Origin: a virus
Lineage: Duplodnaviria; Heunggongvirae; Uroviricota; Caudoviricetes
Virus record (IMG/VR): IMGVR_UViG_3300028965_000008
Span: 1 to 10,386 of that record
DNA: 10,386 nt
Strand: one strand, 5' to 3'
The notes under the pieces were generated by a model, which was not told the DNA's origin, searched no databases, and saw only the letters and a program-made list of their open reading frames with translations. Position 1 is the first letter of the stretch. Every line of letters begins with the position of its first letter. The position numbers and the translations under genes were made by a program. Below are positions 1-5,940 of this stretch, piece after piece.

Positions 1-9
1 AAATCCATA

Positions 10-165
10 TCACTCACCTGAGTTTCTTTCCAGCCAGCGACGGGCACCATTTTCGGTTTTAAACGTTTTGCTTTTGGTATACGTCATCGCGGTGAATGTG
101 CCGTCCTGGTTGGGAAACACGCCGTACACCAGAGATTCGTTGTTGCCAAGATCGATAGTATCCAT
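10..165 (-). CDS. ydfA: YdfA-like small prophage protein (DUF1391), 51 aa
   Basis: Within minus ORF 10..219; an internal ATG at 165 gives MDTIDLGNNESLVYGVFPNQDGTF..., preceded by a GAGG Shine-Dalgarno about 6 nt upstream. Lies downstream of the dicA-like gene in the same orientation, as in Qin. The product identity is from memory of YdfA and is not verified. Confidence 0.6.
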   Translation of the reverse strand: MDTIDLGNNESLVYGVFPNQDGTFTAMTYTKSKTFKTENGARRWLERNSGE

Positions 166-219
166 GTTGACCTCATTTCCCCTTAACGCCGGGGTAGCGG
201 AACTGTTTGCTGAGAACAC

Positions 220-368
220 CGTGCGGTGTCTTGATGAATAAAATTTAGAATAACCTAAGGTGGATGGTCAAGGTTTTTGTGTAGAAAAACCTAAGTTTTT
301 TTGATGTAAAAAACACAAGTGTTTGAAAGTTTGTGCTTTTTATTACAGGGTGTGGAGAAAAAAGGGGG
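220..368 (-). promoter_or_regulatory. Intergenic region between dicA-like stop and ydfA-like start: probable pL-like promoter/operator and dicA 3' end
   Basis: AT-rich 149-bp gap. Contains CCTAAG motifs at 253-258 and 290-295, with ACCTAAGGT (252-260) a short palindrome; the minus strand reads TTGACC followed about 17-19 nt later by TAAAT-like hexamers. A weak AT-rich hairpin GGTTTTT-gtgtag-AAAAACC sits at 272-291. Confidence 0.35.
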
Positions 369-776
369 TTATTTGTTTGCGCTTCTTTTGCGAGCTTTGA
401 GTAGTTCTTCAAAAAGTTTGTTGAAATTTTCAACTCGAGCACGCATCTCTGACAACAGGGCCTTTTGCTCTGACTCAGGCAGTGCGTCGAACAGTTGAAG
501 TAACTCTTTTTGATCTTCTGTCAGAATGGCTGGTTGATTATCCGGGAGCGGTTCGCCTGGTTGTTTATCTTCATCCCCAAAAAGAAGCCAAGTCGGTGAG
601 CACTGAAGCGCTTGGCTCAGTGCGAATAATCTTTTCCCCGCCGGCTGTGTTTCATCTCTTTCCCATTGAGAAATTGTTACGTGAGCCACTTTGACCAGCT
701 TACCTAATGCGGCCTGAGACAGTTTTAATTTTTTACGCCTATGTAAGAGGCGAGCACCGAAGGTTTCGTTTTTCAT
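369..776 (-). CDS. dicA: HTH (XRE-family) prophage repressor, DicA-like (CI/C2 functional analogue), 135 aa
   Basis: ORF translation MKNETFGARLLHRRKKLKLSQAALGKLVKVAHVTISQWERDETQPAGKRLFALSQALQCSPTWLLFGDEDKQP...NFNKLFEELLKARKRS closely resembles E. coli DicA as recalled, with the HTH at the N-terminus; divergent from the Cro-like gene. Confidence 0.85.
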   Translation of the reverse strand: MKNETFGARLLHRRKKLKLSQAALGKLVKVAHVTISQWERDETQPAGKRLFALSQALQCSPTWLLFGDEDKQPGEPLPDNQPAILTEDQKELLQLFDALPESEQKALLSEMRARVENFNKLFEELLKARKRSANK

Positions 777-852
777 ATTAGGGAATTCTAATTTTTCTTG
801 ACTTAGGTTTCTCTACGATCTAGTTTCCTTAGGAAAATCTAAGGAGTTCGAT
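777..852. promoter_or_regulatory. Divergent immunity promoter/operator region (pR-like for dicC; pRM-like for dicA)
   Basis: Candidate -35 TTGACT at 798-803, a 17-nt spacer, a weak -10 TAGTTT at 821-826, then AAGGAG (841-846) 6 nt before the dicC ATG at 853. Operator-like inverted repeat CCTTAG-N6-CTAAGG at 827-844 and CTTAGG at 802-807 overlap the promoter. Confidence 0.5.
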
Positions 853-1080
853 ATGTTGAAAATTGATGCTATAGCGTTTTTTGGCAGCAAAACAAAGCTT
901 GCCAATGCCGCAGGAGTTAGGCTGGCAAGCATTGCTGCATGGGGGGAACTGGTTCCTGAAGGTCGCGCGATGCGCCTGCAAGAGGCATCCGGCGGGGAAC
1001 TTCAGTACGACCCTAAAGTTTATGACGAATATCGTAAGGCAAAGCGGGCGGGGCGGTTGAACAATGAAAATCACCCCTGA
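853..1080 (+). CDS. dicC: Cro-like regulator DicC, 75 aa
   Basis: MLKIDAIAFFGSKTKLANAAGVRLASIAAWGELVPEGRAMRLQEASGGELQYDPKVYDEYRKAKRAGRLNNENHP resembles DicC as recalled; divergent from the dicA-like gene; strong SD AAGGAG. Confidence 0.8.
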   Translation: MLKIDAIAFFGSKTKLANAAGVRLASIAAWGELVPEGRAMRLQEASGGELQYDPKVYDEYRKAKRAGRLNNENHP

Positions 1081-1615
1081 ACAGGTTTGTGAGGCTCTGG
1101 ATGCCTGGGTATGCCGACCAGGAATGACACAGGAGCAGGCGACGATATTAATCACGGAAGCATTCTGGGCTCTGAAAGAACGCCCGAACATTGATGTTCA
1201 ACGCGTCACGTTTGATGATGGCGCGGTTGATCAACGGGCACTGGGCGTTAACCGGGTGAAGATATTCGAACGCTGGAAAGCTATCGACACCAGGGATAAG
1301 CGTGAAAAATTCACGGCGCTGATTCCGGCAATTATGGAGGCTATCCGGATCAGCGATTTCAGGTTGTATTGTGAAATTACTGACGGAAAAAGCATTACGT
1401 ACATGATCGCCGGGTTAAACAAAGAATATGGCGATGTGGTGGAGTCCGGGCTGCTTTTTGCGGATCCAGCTGTTGTGGAGCGTGAGACTGACGAGCTTAT
1501 AGAAAAAGCTATTGCTTTCAAGCATGCGTATCGTCAGCAATACCAACATTACTTTGCAGATAAACAAATATCTGTCTGGGGTTCGTATGAGTATCGATGC
1601 ACTACGATGGGCTAA
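1064..1615 (+). CDS. YdaT-like protein (CII-position prophage regulator/toxin family), 183 aa
   Basis: ATG at 1064 overlaps the dicC stop. The segment DKREKFTALIPAIMEAI resembles the conserved core of Rac YdaT; position immediately after cro matches the cII slot. Confidence 0.55.
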   Translation: MKITPEQVCEALDAWVCRPGMTQEQATILITEAFWALKERPNIDVQRVTFDDGAVDQRALGVNRVKIFERWKAIDTRDKREKFTALIPAIMEAIRISDFRLYCEITDGKSITYMIAGLNKEYGDVVESGLLFADPAVVERETDELIEKAIAFKHAYRQQYQHYFADKQISVWGSYEYRCTTMG

Positions 1616-2627
1616 AAAGGTGAAAACCGGCAGTTCATCCAGCAAGTCAGTATTGACCTGGCTTGCTGATATGTGCGGTGCCGATTTGTGTGCATACCCG
1701 TCTGTATCTGCACTGGCAGAAGTAACGGAACTGAACAAAAAGACTGTGCAGGACAGCTTACGACACCTGATGGAGATTGGGTTAATTGTTGATACCGGTG
1801 AGAGAAAAGGCAGAACAAAGCAAATTGTGGTGTACCGACTTATCGGTGTAGAAGAAAGTGTTGCCGAGCCTGAATACACCCAAAAACGGGAGTCTTTAAA
1901 GGTGGGTAAAATTGGTGCTGTTAATAAAAACAGTACCGAAAATGGTTATGTTTCAGCACAAAACAGCCCCAAAAACGGAACTCTTAGCTGCATGGAAAAT
2001 AACCAAAGACACCCAAATTTTCCATCAAAGACACCCAAAAACGGATCACGGAACCCAAAGGAACCCAAAGATCTAACCCCCACACATAACGCACGCGAGA
2101 GTGCTCCGACCAGTGAGCAGGAAGTTTTGTCGTTACAGGCAGCACCCCCTGTATTCCTGGGTGGCCTGAGCGAACCCATCGGAAAATTTCCGATGACCGA
2201 TAGCTGGTATCCGTCACGGGATTTTCGACGACGGGCTGCGTTGTGGGGGATGGCTTTGCCGGAGACAGAATTTACACCTGCTGAACTTGCCGCCTTCCGG
2301 GACTACTGGGCAGCGGAGGGGAAAGTATTTACGCAGATTCAGTGGGAGCAGAAATTCGCCCGTCACGTAAATCACGTCAGGGCGCAGGTTAAACCAGTCA
2401 GCAAGGGGGTGAACCATGCAGCAGCACCAGGTGGCACCGCATCACGGGCAGTTCAGGAAATTCGGGCAGCACGTGAGCAGTGGGAACGTGAAAACGGATT
2501 TATCAGCGACGGAAACGGCCTGGAAGCTGTGGGAACTCATGGGGGAGGTTTATTCGAACCGCTGGACTCAGAAGAACGGGGCCGCACCTTCGAAGCTCTG
2601 GATTGCACAGATTGGCGCGATGACTGA
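1587..2627 (+). CDS. Replication initiator (O-like): N-terminal HTH replication domain plus DnaT-like C-terminal domain
   Basis: The first ATG of the ORF is at 1512, but the ATG at 1587 (MSIDALRWAKKV...) just overlaps the YdaT-like stop. The C-terminal segment GKFPMTDSWYPSRDFRRRAALWGMALPETEFTPAELAAFRDYWAAEGKVFTQIQWEQKFAR resembles the E. coli DnaT C-terminus ([26 protein letters not shown]...[20 protein letters not shown]). The 3' end is uncertain because of the overlap with the next gene. Confidence 0.7.
   Translation: MSIDALRWAKKVKTGSSSSKSVLTWLADMCGADLCAYPSVSALAEVTELNKKTVQDSLRHLMEIGLIVDTGERKGRTKQIVVYRLIGVEESVAEPEYTQKRESLKVGKIGAVNKNSTENGYVSAQNSPKNGTLSCMENNQRHPNFPSKTPKNGSRNPKEPKDLTPTHNARESAPTSEQEVLSLQAAPPVFLGGLSEPIGKFPMTDSWYPSRDFRRRAALWGMALPETEFTPAELAAFRDYWAAEGKVFTQIQWEQKFARHVNHVRAQVKPVSKGVNHAAAPGGTASRAVQEIRAAREQWERENGFISDGNGLEAVGTHGGGLFEPLDSEERGRTFEALDCTDWRDD
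1967..2070. repeat. Iteron-like direct repeats inside the initiator gene (candidate replication origin)
   Basis: Five copies of the core (A/C)CCCAAA at 1967, 2011, 2033, 2053 and 2063, including a perfect tandem GAACCCAAAG x2 (2051-2070) and the longer repeat CAAAGACACCCAAA at 2004-2017 and 2026-2039; spacings are about 10, 20 and 22 bp; an AT-richer stretch lies at 1911-1960. Confidence 0.5.
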
Positions 2628-3081
2628 GCAGCAAATCCGGCAGGTCTGCCGCCAGTGCATGGACCGTTGCAGGGCAGGTGAAACATGGCCTCCGGACCTG
2701 GCTGAGTTTGTGGCGCTGATTTCGGAGAGCGGGGCAAATCCATTTGGTCTGACGGTGGATAACGTGATGGAGGAGTACCGACGCTGGCGCAACGAGTCCT
2801 GGCGATACGACGGAAGCGATAAATACCCGTGGTCTCAGCCTGTGCTGTATCACATTTGTCTCGAGATGCGTTCAAAGGGGATTGAGCGCCAGATGACCGA
2901 AGGGGAATTAAAACGGCTTGCAGAACGGCAACTGACGAAATGGGCAAAGCATGTTGGTAACGGACTGAGTGTTCCACCCGTCCGTAGGCAACTGGCAGCA
3001 CCCATACGTCCTGCGGGACCAACGCCAATTGAGTTGCTGAAACAGGAATATGAACGCAGGAAAGCGGCAGGTTTTGTTTGA
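2416..3081 (+). CDS. Lambda P-like replication protein (helicase loader), about 221 aa
   Basis: Similarity to lambda P as recalled: AGETWPPDLAEFVALISES versus PFLPSPGQFVAWCREE, a conserved YPW, and ELKRLAERQL versus ELRRKAADEL. Strong SD AAGGGGG 5 nt before the ATG at 2416. Alternative starts are ATG 2539 and ATG 2620; the latter overlaps the upstream stop as ATGACTGA. Confidence 0.7.
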   Translation: MQQHQVAPHHGQFRKFGQHVSSGNVKTDLSATETAWKLWELMGEVYSNRWTQKNGAAPSKLWIAQIGAMTEQQIRQVCRQCMDRCRAGETWPPDLAEFVALISESGANPFGLTVDNVMEEYRRWRNESWRYDGSDKYPWSQPVLYHICLEMRSKGIERQMTEGELKRLAERQLTKWAKHVGNGLSVPPVRRQLAAPIRPAGPTPIELLKQEYERRKAAGFV

Positions 3082-3110
3082 GTTGATAAGTAATTTTACC
3101 GGGAGGGTTT

Positions 3111-3506
3111 ATGGCGAAACCTTTTACACCCGAACAGCGGGAAGAGCTGAAGGCACGAATTATCGGATTGGTACGCAAAAATGGACGCATGACGATGTCG
3201 CAACTGGAGAGAGCGACGGGAGCTGGCTGGCATTCGGTCCGACGCTGCCTTGTGGATGTACTGGCTTGTGGTGATTTATACATGTCCGGGGAATACGGTG
3301 TTTTTGCATCAGAGCAGGCGTATCGTGAATGGCGTAAGACACCGGAGAAAACAACTGACCAGACACTGATTCGAAAGTTACCAGACGGAGAAATACGCCG
3401 CTACGACAGACACCTGAACATAATCTGTCGCGAGTGCCGGAAGAGTGAGGTTATGCAGCGAGTGCTGGCGTTTTATCAGGGGAAATTTCAGGAGGTGATG
3501 CTGTGA
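3111..3506 (+). CDS. Hypothetical prophage protein, 131 aa, possible winged-helix N-terminus
   Basis: SD GGGAGGG 4 nt upstream of ATG 3111. The N-terminus LKARIIGLVRKNGRMTMSQLERATGAGWHSVRRCL looks like a wHTH, judged by eye; no family recognised. Confidence 0.55.
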   Translation: MAKPFTPEQREELKARIIGLVRKNGRMTMSQLERATGAGWHSVRRCLVDVLACGDLYMSGEYGVFASEQAYREWRKTPEKTTDQTLIRKLPDGEIRRYDRHLNIICRECRKSEVMQRVLAFYQGKFQEVML

Positions 3507-3745
3507 GCGAATCAAAATGTCAGGTTAATGGCAATCAGTTAGAACTATGTGCGGCACTGGCAAAAGCCCTTGAGCATGATGCTGAATACACGATGCGAAA
3601 AGGTCTGCTGATATACAAAATCTGGAATGAGAATTTAACTCGCGCCCCTGATTTGGTGATGTTGCGTTCCGGTGAATTTTCTAAATCACCTATTCGAGTC
3701 TCATTTTGCCCGTTCTGTGGTGAAAGTCTGAAAACATGGAAATAA
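3503..3745 (+). CDS. Hypothetical small protein, 80 aa, GTG start, Cys-containing C-terminus (CPFCG)
   Basis: GTG at 3503 overlaps the upstream stop (GTGA); strong SD AGGAGGTGA at 3490-3498. Confidence 0.5.
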   Translation: MSESKCQVNGNQLELCAALAKALEHDAEYTMRKGLLIYKIWNENLTRAPDLVMLRSGEFSKSPIRVSFCPFCGESLKTWK

Positions 3746-3756
3746 GGAGACAACCA

Positions 3757-4281
3757 GTGAGCAAGATTGACTATCAGGCACTGCGTGGGGCGGCAGAAGC
3801 AATAAAAATAGCAGCCACACCACAAAAATTGCTGGCATTTCGTATGAAAGCCACACCTCAGGTTGTGTTGGAACTGCTGGATGAACTGGAAATTAAAAGC
3901 AAACGAATTAACGAGTTAATCAAGGGTGGTGAAAACGCCAAATACGTGACTGAAATTTTCCGACTTGAGAAAGAACGCATGGCGCTGGCGGCGGAGAATG
4001 CGGGGCTGAATAAATTTATCGTACAGAGTTGCTACGTGTTTGATGGCGAGCAGGATGAACTATCTGATGCGTATATCTGCGCAACAGACGGAGGTATGCC
4101 GCAAACCCCGGCTACAGATGCTTTCCTGGCTGATGTACGGGCGGTGGCGTTTGACGAACTTCGCGCGGCGTTTGTCAGGCACGTAAAAGTTGCAGGACTG
4201 GATGAGGCCGATACCGTAACGCTTAAGGAAGTGACAGAAGCATTGTTGCATTGTGCGGAACAGATTCGCGCGCCTGAATAA
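3757..4281 (+). CDS. Ead/Ea22-like family prophage protein
   Basis: The ORF is open from ATG 3736, but a GTG at 3757 has SD AAGGAG 7 nt upstream and lies after the upstream stop at 3745. SKIDYQALRGAAEAIK... with a coiled-coil-like N-terminus resembles Ead/Ea22-like proteins; family assignment is from memory. Confidence 0.55.
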   Translation: MSKIDYQALRGAAEAIKIAATPQKLLAFRMKATPQVVLELLDELEIKSKRINELIKGGENAKYVTEIFRLEKERMALAAENAGLNKFIVQSCYVFDGEQDELSDAYICATDGGMPQTPATDAFLADVRAVAFDELRAAFVRHVKVAGLDEADTVTLKEVTEALLHCAEQIRAPE

Positions 4282-4375
4282 TTAAATTTAGTGTTGTAAA
4301 TAAAATTTAATCCTTAACCGGAGGGATTTCTGCACCCTCAGAACATCAGGAGGCCGCCCGAAAGGGCGGTAATGA

Positions 4376-4594
4376 ATGGTCACATTATTCAGAAAAAAAT
4401 ATCCACGAAAGAGTAGAACAACAGAATTTCTGTTTCTCATTCTGTTTATCGTGTTGATGATACCGATATCCCCGCTAATTTTTGTCTGGGCAATCGGGAA
4501 AATAATTGAGCCAGTTATTGAATTGTATAACGACGTGGTGTGGGCGTCGTTCAACACACTGCACAATAAAATTAACCCGTATAAGGAAAGCTGA
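4376..4594 (+). CDS. Small predicted membrane protein, 72 aa
   Basis: Hydrophobic stretch FLFLILFIVLMIPISPLIFVWAIG; lies in an AT-rich segment; its stop at 4592-4594 sits directly before the HNH gene ATG at 4596 (translational coupling). A minus-strand ORF (4288..4602) overlaps it, so strand assignment is not certain. Confidence 0.45.
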   Translation: MVTLFRKKYPRKSRTTEFLFLILFIVLMIPISPLIFVWAIGKIIEPVIELYNDVVWASFNTLHNKINPYKES

Positions 4595-4595
4595 T

Positions 4596-4961
4596 ATGGC
4601 ACTGACGAAAAAGCAACGTGCAGAACTGCGCATGAAGTTCGGTGGTCGCTGTGCTTATTGCGGCTGCGAACTTGGCGAAAAGTGGCATGCAGACCATGTA
4701 AAACCGGTCATTCGTTTTGATGGAAATATGCTTCACCAGGAACGTGACGGTATATCCAACATGGTTCCGGCATGCCACCCATGCAATCTGCACAAGCATT
4801 GCAGTAGCCTGGAAGATTATCGGCGAATTATCAGTGATGGTCGTCGTGAATTCCTTGCGTCCGGGAAAGGCAAAGCGCTGGTTCGTATGGGATTGGTTGA
4901 AATGAAACCTGACCCGGTTGTGTTCTGGTTTGAAAAATATCAAGAAGGGGCTACAGCATGA
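4596..4961 (+). CDS. HNH endonuclease, 121 aa
   Basis: MALTKKQRAELRMKFGGRCAYCGCEL...HADHVKPV...NMVPACHPCNLHK carries the HNH signature (CxxC, H-N-H, CxxC); SD AAGGAAAG 5 nt before the ATG at 4596. Confidence 0.8.
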   Translation: MALTKKQRAELRMKFGGRCAYCGCELGEKWHADHVKPVIRFDGNMLHQERDGISNMVPACHPCNLHKHCSSLEDYRRIISDGRREFLASGKGKALVRMGLVEMKPDPVVFWFEKYQEGATA

Positions 4962-5521
4962 CCACTTTTACCAATAGCAAACTAACAGACGAATACGTTT
5001 CAAATGCAACGTTGATTCGGCTCATTCTGTGGGCTGACCAGCACAATAGTCATTATGTTGCAGCGGCTCTGCGCGAGCTACAGGAGCGCCGCAAGGCTGA
5101 TAGTGTGCCTGTAGAAATCAACGACGACATGGCTTACGCATTCCATCGCGCACTGTCAGATTCATCGCCAGGCGCTGATGAGGTAGAGGAAATTAAGACA
5201 GGGTTGCGTGCAGCCTTTGCCAATGTCACCACCCAACCAGCACCAGTAGTGCCGGAATTTGAAACATGGTTTAACAGCCAGGAGTCAGGGAGGAGTATAT
5301 GCAGCACACAGATTCGTCGTTACCTTCAGGAAATTTCATGGAACGCCTGCCGCGCCGCCATGCTTAAGGGAGATAAATCACGATTAATCGAACCAAACTG
5401 GAGCACATTCTCGAATATGCCAGGCAGCAGAAATGTATTGGGCAACTTTGTAAAATTCCACCAGGAGATATGGTTGAAATCGTGGAAATTGCCATGCGCA
5501 AGGCTGGCAACTCTCCGGTAA
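4958..5521 (+). CDS. Hypothetical prophage protein, 187 aa as read; the 3' end may be frameshifted into the DUF551 gene
   Basis: ATG at 4958 overlaps the HNH stop (ATGA), with SD GAAGGGG. The C-terminal tail WLKSWKLPCARLATLR looks non-native, while the alternative frame is open from 5377 and reads protein-like sequence. Confidence 0.5.
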   Translation: MTTFTNSKLTDEYVSNATLIRLILWADQHNSHYVAAALRELQERRKADSVPVEINDDMAYAFHRALSDSSPGADEVEEIKTGLRAAFANVTTQPAPVVPEFETWFNSQESGRSICSTQIRRYLQEISWNACRAAMLKGDKSRLIEPNWSTFSNMPGSRNVLGNFVKFHQEIWLKSWKLPCARLATLR

Positions 5522-5739
5522 CTCCGGATGGTTGGATAAGCTGTAGTGAGCGAATGCCGGATACCAAAACAGCCGTTCTTGTTGCCGTGGAGTTTGACAG
5601 GAAAGGTGACTGGCGAATGAAATGGGCGACTTACATCCCGGGGCATCCTGACGCTAATGATGGGTGGATAATTCCTGGTGCGTCGTGGAAACCGTCACAC
5701 TGGATGCCGCTACCGGAACCGCCACAGGAGGTGAGTTAA
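5470..5739 (+). CDS. DUF551 domain protein, 89 aa from ATG 5470
   Basis: The C-terminus ...DGWIIPGASWKPSHWMPLPEPP is typical of DUF551 prophage proteins as recalled. AGGAG lies only 2 nt before the ATG, and the frame is open upstream to 5377 with no canonical start, so the true N-terminus is uncertain. Confidence 0.6.
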   Translation: MVEIVEIAMRKAGNSPVTPDGWISCSERMPDTKTAVLVAVEFDRKGDWRMKWATYIPGHPDANDGWIIPGASWKPSHWMPLPEPPQEVS

Positions 5740-5822
5740 TGACCTGGCCTGAAGCATTCACAACGGTAGGAATTGCGATGGCGGTGGCGCTGGTGGTGTA
5801 TTCGATTTGCCGTTGGGGATAA
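5739..5822 (+). CDS. Small hydrophobic peptide, 27 aa (MTWPEAFTTVGIAMAVALVVYSICRWG)
   Basis: Excellent SD AGGAGGTGA 4 nt upstream; the ATG overlaps the DUF551 stop (TAATG); followed by a hairpin terminator. Below the size cut-off of the ORF track. Confidence 0.35.
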   Translation: MTWPEAFTTVGIAMAVALVVYSICRWG

Positions 5823-5834
5823 ATCACCGTAAAA

Positions 5835-5874
5835 AAAGATCCCGACACAAACATGAGCCGGGATCTTTGATTTA
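5835..5874. terminator. Putative bidirectional intrinsic terminator
   Basis: 10-bp stem AAAGATCCCG (5835-5844) / CGGGATCTTT (5859-5868) with a 14-nt loop; an A-run precedes it (a T-run on the minus strand) and TTTGATTTAT follows. Confidence 0.45.
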
Positions 5875-5940
5875 TATAGCTTACGAATCCGCCAGTAAGA
5901 GAGCGGGGCGGATGGCTTATTTTAACATTGGGGTGGAGGA

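Noticed and set aside
1-9. Start of a further minus-strand gene (ATG at 7-5 with AGGTGAG upstream, possibly ydfB-like)
   Set aside because: Only 7 nt lie inside the window; too little sequence to call.
482-694. Plus-strand ORF of 70 aa inside the dicA-like gene
   Set aside because: It is antisense to the DicA-like repressor, which has strong similarity support.
829-1191. Minus-strand ORF of 120 aa overlapping dicC
   Set aside because: It is antisense to the well-supported Cro-like gene, Cys/Arg-rich and low-complexity, with no start context.
1231-3283. Multiple minus-strand ORFs (1231..1521, 1415..1879, 1612..1818, 1946..2417, 2503..2853, 2537..3283, 2568..2792)
   Set aside because: All lie antisense within plus-strand genes that have clear homology (YdaT-like, O-like, P-like); they have no ribosome-binding sites or recognisable motifs and are the long spurious frames expected in this GC-richer segment.
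4288-4943. Minus-strand ORFs 4288..4602 and 4572..4943
   Set aside because: They overlap the plus-strand HNH endonuclease (motif-supported) and the coupled small membrane ORF; in AT-rich DNA both strands stay open by chance. Retained only as a caveat on the 72-aa plus-strand call.
5377-5470. Programmed -1 ribosomal frameshift joining the 4958 ORF to the DUF551 gene
   Set aside because: No canonical X-XXY-YYZ slippery heptamer or downstream pseudoknot-like structure found; a mutational frameshift or two separate genes is more parsimonious.
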